64,000 nt of DNA, from NCBI GenBank assembly GCA_043228905.1, contig JBHGNT010000010.1, positions 15,872,001 to 15,936,000 of the forward strand, written 5' to 3'. Source of the stretch: Azolla caroliniana (lineage: Eukaryota; Plantae; Polypodiophyta). How positions within the stretch are numbered: position 1 is the first letter of the stretch; the number at the start of each line of letters is the position of its first letter. The translations under genes and the position numbers were made by a program. Below, one piece after another: positions 1-14,019 of the stretch. The notes under the pieces are model-generated. The model was not told the DNA's origin, made no database searches, and was given only the letters and a program-made list of their open reading frames with translations.

Positions 1-420
1 ATTCACGGTACCGCATGTACTGTGGAACCTGAAGCCGATTCCGGTACCAAGGGCTCACATCCCAAAGTTGATGGAGCTGCTCAAGTAGAAGGTGGAGATA
101 GGGATTCTTGAACTGTCGAGTGCCCCTTATTTTATTCGATGGCTTACGGTGTCGAAGAAGAATGGCACACATCGCTTTATCTAAGACCTGCAACCTGTCA
201 ATAAAATGATGATTCAGAATGCAGGGGTTGGGCTGACAATTGATGAGTTTTTGGAGGCCTTCGTAGGAAGGTCAATATACTCAGTCGGCGACTTATACTC
301 CAGGTACGACCAGTTCCAGCTAGCCGTGGAGAGTAGGGATATTACGACGATGCGGACCCCTCTCAGCTTAGTTAGGATGTGTACCCTACCTCAAGAAGGT
401 ACCAACTCGGTGGTGCACAG
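1..420 (+). pseudogene. Ty3/gypsy reverse transcriptase fragment (fungal/Ylt1-like non-chromovirus type), disrupted
   Basis: Translation gives ...DLQPVNKMMIQNAGVG.TIDEFLEAFVGRSIYSVGDLYSRYDQFQLAVESRDITTMRTPL..VRMCTLPQEGTNS (RT N-terminal motifs), with stops/frameshifts; truncated at about 420. Confidence 0.8.
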
Positions 421-707
421 GAACAAATGTGCTTTTTTAAAAGTCTCTTGATCCATTGGTTGCCAAGATCACGATAGTGCATGCACCTTTCGTTCCTGAC
501 CTATCCAATCACATTAGTCTCATTCTAATATAAGTGAACATACCCTTCACTTATGTTTTGTAAATGTTAGTGGCCTATCCTCCCATACTTTATGTTCGAC
601 AAATCAAACCTACACTAAAGTAGCCATGTCTACTAATAGTTTCATGAAACCGTTTGGTTTTTGAAGTTTGTAAGAACCTTTGTAAAGTGCACCTCCCTCC
701 TCCCAAG

Positions 708-1264
708 TGTTGGGAGACAGGTCCCTCCGGATGGGAAGGGAGAAGAACCGGTATGAACCGGATGAGGAGTACCCGACTGCGGAGAGCCGGATGAGGAGTA
801 CCCGACTGCGGAGAGCCGGATGGAACCCATCGAGGCTACATTTGTAAATAGCCGAAAAGTCATATTAGTATAAATATGACTTAGGGCAAACTTTTAGTTG
901 TAGTGTTGTTCTTTTGTTGTTGTTATTCTTCCTTGTTGGTGCAAGAAGAAGTGAGAGCGCGTAACTGTACAGAGAGAGTGAGAGAGAGACGAGGTCGTTG
1001 CCTCTGTTGTAACCGCCGCTTGTGGCGAAGATCTGAGTGCACGAGGTCGTTGCCTCAGTGAACTCACTGTTGTATATTCCTACATAGTGACAGTTTGCAG
1101 CCTGTGGGCTGCCGTGGTTTTTCCCTATTTTGGGGTTTTCCACGTAAACCTCCTATGTACTATTTCTCCCTTTTGTGTTGCGTTTCATTACCTGTTTTTC
1201 TGTGTATGAAAAGAATCTCGGTTGTGGCCGAGCGTCGGACATAAGGAACGTCGAGTTCTCAACA
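708..1264 (+). mobile_element. Solo LTR of the copia family seen at 34-43 kb
   Basis: TG...CA termini, perfect 5-bp TSD CCAAG (703-707, 1265-1269). The start TGTTGGGAGACAGGTCCCTCCGG is identical to the LTRs at 37138 and 41877. Confidence 0.92.
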
Positions 1265-3352
1265 CCAAGCACAAAAGAACTAATGACATGTGTGAATTTT
1301 TGCGTAAAAAGATACATCTCAAAGAGAATCATGAGATGGGATCAACTAGTACATCCAACTCTATTTCCCTTGGGAAGTATTGGCTAGATTGTCCTTGGAC
1401 ACTAAAGAAGATGTAATCTTTGAACTCAAAGACTTGAACATCAAGATTTATCTCTTTTTTTCATATCAACTCTGATAGGGCAAGTGACCTGGTGAGCTAT
1501 TAGCTAAGATCCAATCCATCTTACGAGACTAAATCAGCATAGATATGCTCCCTCTAATGGTTGTGTGAATGATAGCAACAAGTTTTCATAGGTAAGTAAA
1601 CTTGTACCTCATTTTACGGGTGTAGGAGATGCTTATAAAGAAAAATAATTATGGGAGCTTATGAATCACTCTTTGTTGGTACGAGAGACATCATTACCTT
1701 TGACGTCACCTTAGAGGGCCAAGTAGGAATTGGTTCTACATGCTTCCAAATGAGGACTAAAATAACATCCTTTACATCAACAAATAACGTTCACACCATT
1801 TACATTATGTTCAAGCATCACTGAAGAAATTTGGAGATCGACTCATCACTAGAAGAACTTAAGTTTCAAGTTGAGGATTGTTGATGACTATGACAAAGTA
1901 ATGAAAACATCACCAAAGCCCTAAACCAAGTTGAATTATCAACATGTTGGTCTACATGCAATCTCTTCCAAGGTCAATAAAGTGGCATTTTGTCTTGATC
2001 TCCCTCCTTATATGTGTTTTCATTAGATTTTCCATGTATCACTACCTCTTCATCCAAGTAGTTATAAATATAGCTACCATTTTTAGTTTTTGGGACTACC
2101 AAGTCAGAATTTGTCTACATTGGCCAAAACGTGAAACCAACTCTAAACCAAGGGAATTATCTATTGTAAAATAGCTTGCGATACAAGTTTTGAACCCGAC
2201 ACCTTTTCTATTTGAAGCGATTTAAATGCCACTAAAGTAGTATTTACACAATTTAATAATCATATACAAGCCAATATATTAGAGTTGTTCTTAGTCATTA
2301 GTTCAGGTGAGACCCTATACATGGAAATCTCATCTAGGATGTGTGGAAGAGAATACAAGAGCGACATGGCTTGCAATGATGGAGGCGTGAGTAGGATATC
2401 TTTCAATATAAAGACATCGCAATTCATATAGTCTATTGTTGGGCTTTATCATATCTACATGTCCTTACAAGCGTGTTCACATACAATGTGTGTGGTTGAT
2501 CTTTATCTTGATACATCCCTTCAAAATAGATTCTGTGATTTCATCTAGTAGATGGCAACCTTGATTTCTTTTCCTCCCGATCCACAATGTAGATCAAGTA
2601 AAGATAGGTCAAGAGTTGCTTGAAGCTCTTTGGTATAAATATACACCACGTGCTGCTTGATCTACATTTGTTGGAGATCCATATCTCTAGTTACAATCCC
2701 CTCACAAATGTAACTAAATGTTTTTTTGTGCACTTGGAACACTAAGTTCCATGCCAATTGGATATTGCTAAGGTATCACAATATTGTAACTTTACCTTAT
2801 AACTCCTATAGTCAGAATAATCTTTTGTGTTGCCCTAATAGGCAACACCACCTCTCAAGAGAATGTGACGCCTAAGCTCGATTGTCGATCTATTGAACTA
2901 ATGGTCGAGTTGTTATGTGTGCAACCTTCAAGTCATATTCAAACTCTCATTTTGTACAAGATGTTGCTTCTAACCTTCAAGTCATATCCAAACTCTCATT
3001 TTGTGCAAGATGTTGCGGTTCTAAGGTTGGTCACATATCACATCACTTGCTTAGCACAATCTAAATGGTCATTACACATTTTTTGCATAAATTGCCCTAG
3101 AAGATTAATGTATATTTAAGATTGGGATGAGCGGTTGTTCAATACATAAGGATTTCAATTATTGATTCCACATCTATGATAAAGTTTGAATCGATTTACA
3201 TCTTCAAGTTGTAATCGAGTAGAGTCACAATCAGTTTATAATTCAGAATGATGAATTTGACTACCAAGTTCCAGTCGTTGTGGCATTAAGAGAGCAAGAT
3301 TCCATGAGGTGTAGAGATTATATTGATCACAAGTAGTGAAACTTATCCATAT

Positions 3353-3520
3353 CCTTTGATTATAAGGACATCAACATATGAGATGTAGACTTCATTTTGT
3401 TAATGGTGAACAAAATATTCTCCTATGATTATAAGGACATCAACATATGAGGTGTAGACTTCACTTTGTTAATGGTGAACAAATATTCTCCTTTGATTAT
3501 AAGGACATCAACATATGAGC
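3353..3520. repeat. ~70-bp tandem repeat, ~2.4 copies
   Basis: GATTATAAGGACATCAACATATGAG recurs at about 3358, 3427 and 3495. Confidence 0.85.
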
Positions 3521-4172
3521 TAATGAGCACAATATTTTGACACTCAATGCACAAATAGAGGAAGTTGTCCAACATGGACATGGAAAAGATCTTCTAATGA
3601 CACGCCCTCACTGCCTACTTGAGGCCATAGTAATACTTCTTGAGACCACATAACACACGTGGATGGCATTTCAACATGGGGGTTACACGGTAATTATCTA
3701 TTTCACGAGAGCAAAGGTGTCAATATAGTAAATCTCATGTGTCGTGCATAACCCTGAATAACTAACAAGGTATATAAAGATTGACAAGGTTATTAAAGTC
3801 ATATTTTACCCAAAAAACAATGATGTGTAAACAACACTCGACAGTCTTTGTGTGATGGAGTTGAGATGAGGTCCCACATATTGTTATCATAAAGAGCTTA
3901 GTTTGCATGTCTAGAACCTTCAGTTTTGCTCAACACCGTGACATTCATCACAAAAGGCATGGTAATAATTGTACCCAAATCAAGCAACTAGAATTTTTTA
4001 TGATTGGAGTATCATCAATGCTTTTATGCTTTCTAGATCATAACAGATGTCCTACCAAGTACACCAAACCAGCCATTCAATGCTCTCCTATAGTTATTAT
4101 TCGAATGGTGGTGCATTACAAAGAGCTCTCACACCACTTACAGTATTTGTGGTCATGTCAGTTCAATTAAGC

Positions 4173-4387
4173 TCAAACCTTCATGTCAATAAGACTTACA
4201 ACTTGTCATCAACCTCTTGTGCAGGATGGGAACGTCATCTCTTTTATTAACATAGGAAAGAGTAGTTGTCCTTTGCCACTCAAACCTTCATGTCAATAAG
4301 ACTTACAACTTGTCATCAACCTCTTGTGCAGGATGGGAACGTCATCTCTTTTATTAACATAGGAAAGAGTAGTTGTCCTTTGCCACT
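4173..4387. repeat. ~107-bp tandem duplication
   Basis: CTCAAACCTTCATGTCAATAAG...GTCCTTTGCCA occurs twice (4173, 4280). Confidence 0.9.
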
Positions 4388-5119
4388 TAATCTTCTCACA
4401 AAAGGGAGACTGCCAGAGGTTAATCATGAATCTTCTCACAATGTAAGAAGCATCTGGCTGCATGGATTTCAACTCTCCAACCACTACACTACAAACTTTT
4501 CCATTAATTATATATGTATTTGTGTATATACATATATGATATATACATGTGTATATATCATATATGTATGTATGTATGTATACATCTAAACAAATGGTTT
4601 TATAATATTCTTGGGGCCGTTTTATATTCTCGAATATAGCGAATATTGCAGATGTAGAATACCACAAATATTACGCATGGATCAATCTATGGTGATACCC
4701 ATCGAACGCATATATATAGTACACTCACAAACACAAACAAAAATAACCTCAAACATGCATATGAACTTGGTTGGATATTGTGGCGACTCTAGAATTACAT
4801 TCATAATAAACATGAGTTATCAGAACCAAGTTACCACTGACCAACCAATATCAATTTCCCAGTAAGGAACGTATAAATAATACTAAGATATTCTAAAAGA
4901 AAGAGGAAAATGTAGAATATAAAACAGCACAAGAAAAATCGTACTACATTTGTTAACCAGAAAAATGGTTACAAAGAGCATACATATGTTCTCTTTACAC
5001 ACCTTCAAAAAAAAACAAAGCTCTCTCTCTCTCCTCACTCTTGACGTTCTTTTTCCCAAACTCGAACAAGTCACCAAGATGCCAGAAGCCCAAAAGCATT
5101 ATATTTCATTTCATGTTCT

Positions 5120-5556
5120 TTATGATTCAAAATCAGCATCATCATCATCTGGTAAAGGTTGTGCAGCAGCTGCCGCAAGCTCTGCCTCATACCTATAGCA
5201 ATGAAGATGATAGGTTACATACATCAATTTAATTCATTTCAATCTCTCAAGTAATGACATTTTAAAATGATATACAATTACTATATTCTCATTTGACTCA
5301 TCTTTCCCATCATTAAAAACAACCTGATTTATTTTTCGCATTGTTTTTGACTCAAGTGTTTGTAAAAAGATAATCAGTGAAGAACTTACTGTTGCTGTGC
5401 TGCCAGATCAATCTGCACCTCAGGAGGTGCAAGAGCAGGAGACTCAACAAAATGAAGGTTGGGATCTCTGTAGGATATTAACACAGTTTAGGCAAGGACA
5501 GAAAAACACAATCAGCAGAAAAAAAGTGGAATATTATTAGAATAAAGCACAGAAAG

Positions 5557-5597
<41 letters not shown>

Positions 5598-8500
5598 CAT
5601 CCTTAGAATTTAGCATGCATAAGAATTGGCCCAATTAGAATATGTAATTGATAGAAATACACAATTATACCCGGCAAGCTTTCGAGCCAAGTACAGAAAT
5701 GGTTTCTCAAAGTTATAGTTGCTCTTCGCAGAGATTTCATAGTACTGAAGGTTTTTCTTCCTGTGAAATGTAACCTGCTTTGCCTTAACTTGTCTATTCT
5801 TGACATCAACCTTGTTTCCACAAAGCACAATCGGAATGTTCTCACAAACCCTACAGGCAAAGAACCATGGCTTATTACAGAATATGAAATATATTATTAA
5901 TATTCACATTTATTACATAAAATCAGTTTGTCCTCCATTGGAAACAGTACATATTAAACCAGTGACACTCAGGAAAATGCATAAATACTAATACTACTAA
6001 TGATTAGTCAACAATATTAGGCTCCTGCAGGTTTTACCTGCAAAGGTCCCTGTGCCATGTAGGCACATTCTTGTAGGTAAGACGAGCAGTAACATCAAAC
6101 ATTATGATTGCACACTGGCCATGGATGCTGTTAAAACCATCAAAAATAGAATCCAATCAGATTATTAAGCAGAAGTAATTAAAAACAGCAAACTTATTAA
6201 AACCAAATTTACATATCATTGAGACCAACAATCATCACTAGCAAAATTTTAACTATAACAAGACATAGTTACTGAGGTATAAACTTACAATAATAATAAT
6301 TAACTGCAACCACGACCATTATAGCAAAATCAACTAGAACCTCTCCAGTTATAAACTTACTAATATCCATCTCGAAGTCCCCCAAACTTCTCTTGACCTG
6401 CTGTATCCCAGCAATTGAACCGAATTTTTCCACAATTAGTGAAGAAATCTAACGGATGGACCTCCACACCAATGGTTGCTGCAATAACCAAACAAGAAAA
6501 GATCTACACTCAGACTTTACAAATATATAACAAAGATTTTTCTGGGTTTTGTACTGTTCATCTTAACAATAAAAGTTGCATTTCTCACATGCAATCAAAA
6601 TTTAACATTCTTGTGCATGTAAACAACAGAGATGGAACTTTTATGTAGAAAAAGAACAAGATTAAATTCTAATCTAAAGGATAATGATTTCAATTTTATA
6701 TAATTAGGATTTCCATCAAATAAGAAATAGTCCACTTTTATGCAATCAGCAATCAAGGTTCCAATGCACATGCCATGTAAACACAGAGTATCTTAATTAT
6801 CAGGGAACTTACGCTCATATCTCTTTTCAAACTCCCCAGTCAAGTGCCTCTTCACAAAAGTAGTCTTGCCTGATATGGAAAAGAAAGCACTTAGACACAG
6901 ATGAAAAGACACAAGGAAATATTCAAACAAAAAACATATCTATTTAGCTATATCACTACCACAAATGAGGTACATAAACCTACAGAGAGTGCCTCTCACC
7001 TGTTCCTCCATCACCGACAATGACAAGCTTGAAATTGGGACAGTCAGCCTAAAAAACCAAAACAAGGATGCTTTAACAAATGAAAGAAAATTAAGCACTT
7101 TGATCCATCACAAGTTATGAAAATTTCATTTATCATATATGCAGGAATCAGAGAATCTATATCTATCTATATAGATAGATATCTGTTGAAGATTCATTAT
7201 ATGTATGCTATAATTTAGAATACCCAGCAATTAATAGGTTAACAGTGAGATTCATGGGAACAGAATATAGGTAGAAAATAAGAAGAATTAAACTGCTTAA
7301 GTTTCATAGATCGGGGGCTAATTATGACATGTTTGTTGAAATACATGTCAAAACAAGTAAATGTCTGAACTCAAATCATGTACAAAAGAGAAAATCAAAT
7401 ATGCAAGAGCTATAGCAACAGCAAAACATACGAGTAAAGAGGAGAAAAAGGATGGAAAAAGTTTTACTTGCACAAGCAAATTATATATTGTATTTTTACA
7501 AGCGTGTGAAGAGGATAGAGGAATTCCTAGAACAAGTAAAGGAAAAAAATTCTGCACATCTGCAAAAGAGCTCAAACTGCAATTTAAAATGTGTCCATCG
7601 CATAGAAACCATATAAGATAGAGCAAGTGAATAAATTACAATTTTTTGAGCAAGTAAATGACAAATACAAGGTTTTTATCATACGTAACCTGCATGCATA
7701 TAGCAGGAAACATAACGAGTAAGAACACAGACCATGTCGACCTGTATATCAGCAAACTTGCATAACAATAGAAGAACAAGTTATATACTTTACTGAGAAA
7801 GTCATAGAAGAAAGAAGAGCAGACCTATCCAATCCATCGAAACAGAGAAATCTACAATCTGAGAGAATCAAACGTTGAGGATTGACATGTGTGTTTAAAC
7901 ATAAATGCACTAAAAAATGAGGAACTCCTGACTTATTCAATGTGTTGAAATAGAAATGTTACAGAGGGAGAGAAGAACAAACGACGTTTCCAAGTAATAA
8001 CTGAAACTCAAGTCCGTAAAATGTATAGATAAAACACAGAGACCACCGATGTCATACGTGCAAATGACTAAGCAAAAAAATACTTGAATAATTTCCTCAC
8101 AAACCCCTGAACTTAAGCTTCGGGAGGGTTTGGCCAAAGTACACATTCATGAGATAGAACGACAAAAATGAAGCATTTCCTTATCAGTAAAGAGAACTAA
8201 CTGTTGAGAAGCTTGAAACTACAAGCCCCATACCTGTCAATTGCCAACACAGAAACACGCGTGGCGTTTCTGTAGAGAAGTTAACATGTACGTTCAAGGG
8301 AATCAGAGAAACGATAGCTACTTACTAAGAAAATCATGGGGAATGAACGTGAGATAGAAAAAGAGAGAGAATTACACCACAGAGATTCGAGAATGCTGTG
8401 CATTCCTTCACAAAAGTTTAGAGTGATGTGCATTCAAGGAGAGAATGCCATATCCACCTACTGTGGAAATGATGCAGACGAAACCTGAGGACAGAGGAAG

Positions 8501-8650
8501 TACATACACGAAAAACGACTGCATTTCTTCACAGAACCTAAAAGTAGAACCCTAACCTGGTGTACATTGAATCAAAGAAACAACAGAAACCTACGACGCA
8601 AGGATAAAAAAACAAAATACGGAAGGCGGAGACAGGAAAACACATACCAT
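5120..8650 (-). CDS. RAN: Ran GTP-binding nuclear protein, 8 coding exons, 215 aa
   Basis: Exons 8648-8650 (ATG), 7000-7048, 6813-6869, 6361-6478, 6038-6127, 5671-5850, 5390-5467 and 5120-5192, all with GT-AG introns, total 648 nt. Protein: [21 protein letters not shown]...[17 protein letters not shown]...NKVD...SAK...[11 protein letters not shown]. The ATG-only first exon is the least certain part. Confidence 0.96.
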
Positions 8651-8777
8651 ATGGGGTCCAGAGAAGAACCGAATCGAAGGACTGTGAAGAAGGAAGGAAG
8701 GAAGGAAGGAAGCAGGAGCAGGAGCAGGAGCAGCAGGAGGAAGAAGAGAAGAAGGCTGTGAAGTAAAAAAGGAATTA

Positions 8778-8810
8778 AAAAACCCTAACCCTAAAAAGGT
8801 TTTATATAAC
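8778..8810 (-). promoter_or_regulatory. Ran core promoter: TATA box plus telo-box
   Basis: TATATAAA on minus at about 8801-8808; AAACCCTAACCCTAA telo-box at about 8780-8794; pyrimidine-rich 5'UTR leading to the ATG. Confidence 0.65.
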
Positions 8811-9024
8811 GGATCTCAATCATATACATATGTATGTATGTCTTCCTTCCTTCCTTCCTCTTTTTTTCTTTCTATTCTTAAAAGAAAGAAAGACTTGTTA
8901 GGGTTCTTTTCAAACTCCCCATGTCTCCCTCCCTCCCTCCCACAAACGGACGGTTTCTAGAAACCCTCTCTCATGGTCACGGACGCCTTCAGGGCGCGTT
9001 CCACTAATCGCGTGCAGATCGTGC

Positions 9025-9511
9025 TAATCGCTTGCGCTCTGCACCGTCAGATCATCGGTAAATTCTGATCTTCGGTAACCCGACCATTGTAATCTCCATT
9101 GGATTGATAACCCAGTTATCCGTGCCTGCACCGTCAGATCATTACCCAAGAAAAAAGCGCGATATTGTAAATTTCGATCTTTGGTAACCCGGCCATTGTA
9201 ATCTCCATCGGATTGCCAACCCGGCTATCGCGTGCAACCTCCACCGTCCGATCATTACCCGGAAAAAAAAGCACGATATCGTAAATTTTGATCTTTGGTA
9301 ACCAGGCTATCGCTTGCAATCTGCACCGTCATATCATTTACCCGGAAAAAAAAGCGTGACATTGTAAATTCTGATCTTCGGTTTCCCGGCCATTGTAATC
9401 TCCATATGATTGATAACCTAGTTATCGCATGCGATCTGCACCGTCAGATCATTACACGGGAAAAAGCATGATATTGTAAATTTTGATATTTGGTAACCCG
9501 GCCATTGTAAT
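9025..9511. repeat. Degenerate ~80-115 bp tandem array upstream of the Ran promoter (~5 units)
   Basis: GCACCGTCAGATCATTACCC...ATTGTAAAT..GATCT..GGTAACCCGGCCATTGTAATCTCC recurs at about 9041, 9129, 9242, 9323 and 9438. Confidence 0.85.
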
Positions 9512-9797
9512 TGTTGAGAATCAAACTCAACTTCCCTAGTGTGGGAACACACCTTAAGAACACCCAAGTGTGTGAACATCCTAGCTCTTTTGTATCATAA
9601 CTGATATGTCATAGAAGTTAAGTCTTATGCCACATATTTAGTTGGTAGTTAAGTCTCCACCTCTTTTGTAAGAGATGGTTGTAGTGAGAGAACATAGAGA
9701 GAAGGTGAATACATAAGCACCTTCTCCTCCTCTTTGTAACTATTGGTTCATTCTTGCTCTTGTTAATACAATTTTTTGCTTTTCTATTTATCTTAGT

Positions 9798-9841
<44 letters not shown>

Positions 9842-10070
9842 GTGAAAACACACAATTATATTAATAAATGTGTGTGAAAAACACTACTTACAATACGTGT
9901 GACAATGGAGTATGGTCACACACTAACCACACTACACTACATGGGTAGTGGAACATGTTGAATTGCCAATAGGCAAGACGAACACTCCACTGAGGAAAGA
10001 ATTTCCACTTGTTCCAATAAAGAAAATTGCCACATTAGTACTCCCTTCAACTTTCATAGATATGCTTTCA

Positions 10071-10136
<66 letters not shown>

Positions 10137-10590
10137 ACTACACGACACATACACACACCTTCCGCTGCACAGAATCATGTCCAATTACATGGTATTAGAA
10201 TGCTTGGTAGTTTGATCCAAGGTCATCCGCATGTGTTGTGTCTAAGCCCATGTTCACGAAGAACCAGCCGATCGTTGTAGCAACAACATGCACAACTTGT
10301 ATCAAGAGAAGAAGAAGAAGGAAACTCGCTCCATACAAATCAATCAACACGAGTACTTAGATGGGAAGCGCTCTTCCCATCGAGAAACTCGACAGAAACC
10401 ATTTCGCATATTGGGAATACAAGATGCACCAATACCTTGTTGGCCAAGGCTATTGGGGGTACATCGAGGGAGCACAAGAAAATCAACCCATCCTAGCACA
10501 TGCCGACCACCCATCTTGGGAGCAAGCGGCGAGTCGCGTATTATGTTGCCTTATATCATGCGTTCATGATCACATGCTTGGCTACATTTG
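9512..10590 (+). mobile_element. Ty1/copia 5' fragment (LTR 9512-10189, PBS-Met, gag start)
   Basis: TGTTGAGAATCAA...TTACA, then TGGTATTAGA. Gag MGSALPIEKLDRNHFAYWEYKMHQYL is homologous to the gags at 20.6 kb and 59 kb. Confidence 0.88.
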
Positions 10591-10792
10591 AGAGGCCAAG
10601 GAGGGAGAGGCGTTACAATGTGGGATAAATCCCTTGTTACATGGGATACTCTGTCTCGTTTTTTACTCCTATTCGGTACCTTAAAGACACCCACTATCTT
10701 TGTACAATTTACAAGAGGAAGTACACATGGTGCACCCACCGATATCACCAACTACCCCGGTTTTCACACTATGGCCGTGAATCCTCACGACA
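10590..10792 (-). mobile_element. Partial LTR of the TGTCG...CGACA gypsy-like family
   Basis: Homologous to 31950-32147 (GCGTTACAATGTGGGATAAATCCC...CACGACA); the flanking 4 nt are TCGT. Confidence 0.75.
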
Positions 10793-12013
10793 TCGTGGGG
10801 CTAACTTAGAGTACTTACCCGTAGACAATGTCTTAGAATTGTGAGGTACACATAAAAATACCTTCTGTCCAGGGTTGAATACACGAGGTTGCCTATTATG
10901 ATCAGCGTAAAACTGCGCTCTATCTTGAGCTGTTTTTATATTATCTTGTGCAATATGCAACATATCTTGCATCGAATAAAGTTTTGCGTACTTCACAAGT
11001 CATCATGATGTATATTAACATCAATTGGGGATCATGGATGAAAACCACACATCAACATAAAAGGACTATATCCCGTCAACATATGCTTGGAGCCGTTATA
11101 AGAAAACTCCAAAATTGGGAGATAACGTTCCCATTTTGTTGGTTCTGCACCAACGTATGCTCGAAGCCTGTCCTCAATAATTTGATTTACTCGTTTTGTC
11201 AGCCCATCGGATTGAGGATGATCCGTGGAGCTCATGTTGAACGTAGTTTCTAACTTCTTAAAGACTTGCGTCCAGAAGTCACTAGTAAACTTTGGATCTA
11301 GATCACTCACGATATCCATCGGTAACCCATAAAAATGAAATAACTTATTAACGAATTGGTAAGCCAATTCAGGAGTTGTTACCGTGGTTTTAGTAGCAAT
11401 AAATCTGGCCATTTGAGTTAGTCTATCAACCACAACCCATATGGCATCATGGCCTTTTTGGGTGCGAGGAGGGATGTAAAAGTCATGCGGCTTTGTTAAC
11501 CTGACATTGGTGACATTTAGTCACATAGCTATGTATGTTAGGAAGCATCTTAGGCCAATAGAATAGAGTGGAGATGAGAATGAGTGTACGATGTATGGTA
11601 GGGTGCCTTGCTGAGGGTGCATCACAGTAGATTCCTTCAAGGATGTGGTGGTGTCTATTCTAGACTCAACTCTTGCATAGTATTTCGCAAAATAACTGTC
11701 ATCGGGATACTTTCCTCGAAGGTGATCATAAATATCTGATATTATTTTAGTGAAGCTAAGCATGTTAATTTCACATATGCGACTTAGTGCATCAGCGATA
11801 GTGTGTTCATGGAACCTTTACGATATCGTATGGAAAAATCAAAGTCCTGGATGAGATCAACCCATCGTGCCTTACGACCTTTCAGGTCTTGTTGGTCACA
11901 GAAATATTTTGAGGACTCGTGGTCCGTAGTTACCACAAAACAATTTCCATAAAGATAATGGTGCCATGTTTTGAGCGCATGAATAACTGCAAATAATTCC
12001 TTTTCTTGCACGG

Positions 12014-12568
12014 TGTCGTGGCGCAATCTAGCCTTAGGGAGAAATTAAGCCGAACGCGTAGGATCAGGCACTTGCACGTATATATACAAACTTAGCCTCT
12101 GGGTGTGGACACATGTAAATAACGAAGGACTAACAAGCGCTAGGAACGATGATTTAACAGTTACTTTAAGTGTTCGCACGAATTCAGTGGGAGATGGGAA
12201 TGGTGCGAGGAGATCGAGGACAATCTCGGTCCAAAGCGGCGGCTTAACTACTTGATGTAACAACCCTCTCTCTTCTTGGTCTATAAAAGGAGGTGGAGAG
12301 GACTAAGTTAGGGTTTATCCTGGTTGTGTTGTGTTTCTGATTGAGTGGTGCCAAGAGCTCGTCACTGCCAACCGGCATCCAATCTGGAACAATACGGGTA
12401 CCCAATTTCGTGTGCCTATAGTCCCGACATCCGAGAACCGATCCGGACTGGACTCGTGATCGCTAAACGATCCGGACAACCTTCTTGCTCTCTCCCTTCT
12501 CGTACTCCCTAGTCTAAGACCCTCGTGGTCCCGCCATTTCCGACACGTATGCACGGATATCCGTGACA
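12014..12568 (+). mobile_element. Solo LTR with 4-bp TSD ACGG
   Basis: TGTCGTGG...CCGTGACA termini; ACGG at 12010-13 and 12569-72; TATAAAA at about 12281; splits the host RNaseH motif (YRYT|VQEKELFAV). Confidence 0.9.
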
Positions 12569-13351
12569 ACGGTATACCGATACTGAGCAGAATCAAGTTT
12601 CTTACTCTCAAATGCTATTGGTTTACCATCTTGATGTAAGACAACACCTATAGCATAATCGCTTGCATCGGTTTCAACCTCAAAAGGTTTTGAAGGATCG
12701 GGTAAAAGAAGCGAAGGAGCCTTGCACACAAAGTCCTTGAGTTCCTTAAAGGCGAGGTCTAGTGTAGGATTCCACACAATAGGTTTTGTAGACTTACATG
12801 TTTGACCTTTGAGGAGATCAGTAAATGGCGTCGTTAATTGGGAGTAATTACGAAGACATTTTCGCAAAAACCCAACAAAACCAAGGAATGATCGAACTTC
12901 TCGAATATTCCGAAGAGTGGGCCAAACTTTGACTTTCTCGATGCGAGAAGGATCAATTTCAACTCCTCGTTCGGTTATGAGATGTCCACGATAAGTAATT
13001 GATTTCTTGAAGAACTTGCATTTTGAGATCTTCGCGTAGAATTGCTTGTCGCGCAATGTTTGTAAAACAAAGCAGACATGTTTAGCATGTTCTTCTAATG
13101 CACGACTATAAACTAGAATATCATCCAAGAAAATAACGACAAATTTTCCAAGTTGTTCTCAGAAAATGTCATTCATTTCTGGTTGAAATGTGGCCGGAGC
13201 ATTGGTCAAACCAAAAGGCATAACCAAAAACTCATAATGGCCATAGCGCGTTGTCGTAGTGTATTTTGTACACTACGTGAAAAACGTATATAGTATTAGA
13301 TTCAATAAAAAATGAAGAAATAGAAGAAAATAGCAAAATAAATGGAACATG

Positions 13352-13420
13352 CATAGGGCAAGATTCAAACCTTGCACCTCCATGTTAATAATGTAATGTC
13401 TTACCATTACACTAGCATTT
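13352..13420 (-). ncRNA. tRNA-like Pol III cassette in U3 (second copy at 16105-16173)
   Basis: Minus strand reads CTAGTGTAATGG (A box) ... GCAAGGTTTGAATCTTGC (T-arm/B box). The anticodon arm is degenerate, so this is not a functional tRNA. Confidence 0.7.
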
Positions 13421-14019
13421 CATTAGTGTTAAAGCATAGATGTCCCACATAGAAAGGTAAATTCACGCTAGGATAAACATTAGAAAAACGCATAACAAAA
13501 GAAAAAGCTACACATACACATCTAGCGTGCATGATAAAAAACGCACAAGTTAGAAAAAAGCATGATCACTTTAGATAAAGCATATAGTCTATCTATAGGA
13601 AAAGCATGGGGTCTATAGTTAGAGAAAAAGCATAGATTACTAAGACTTCCTCATCACTACATAAGGATGGGGAGCACAATGTAATTGTGTGTGAAAAATA
13701 TTTGGAAACTGGATATGTTTCTAAAAAACACCAATTAATAAACTATACTCGTGGGATTCACGAGAATTCTATATCATTCTCTTTCAACCGAAGTTTATAT
13801 TCTTATATTCATATTGATTAATCTAATACAATACACTCGTGGGATTCACGAGTTTGCTATAACTCTTTCTTACAACATATTTATATTCTTATTAGCCTTA
13901 AAACTCTCCTCTTCCTAGTCCAAAACCCCGGTGGTTCCCACCCGACTCACGCAAACGATCCGGAGCCGAAAGGCACGACACAAGTTGGTGAACCCGACGT
14001 GAAGGCGGGTGGCAAGGAG

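Noticed and set aside
1280-4170. Possible decayed gypsy and hAT-transposase relics
   Set aside because: Too degenerate to assign motifs or boundaries by eye.
7348-8146. Short ORFs inside Ran intron 1
   Set aside because: No recognisable domain; composition is typical of an intron.
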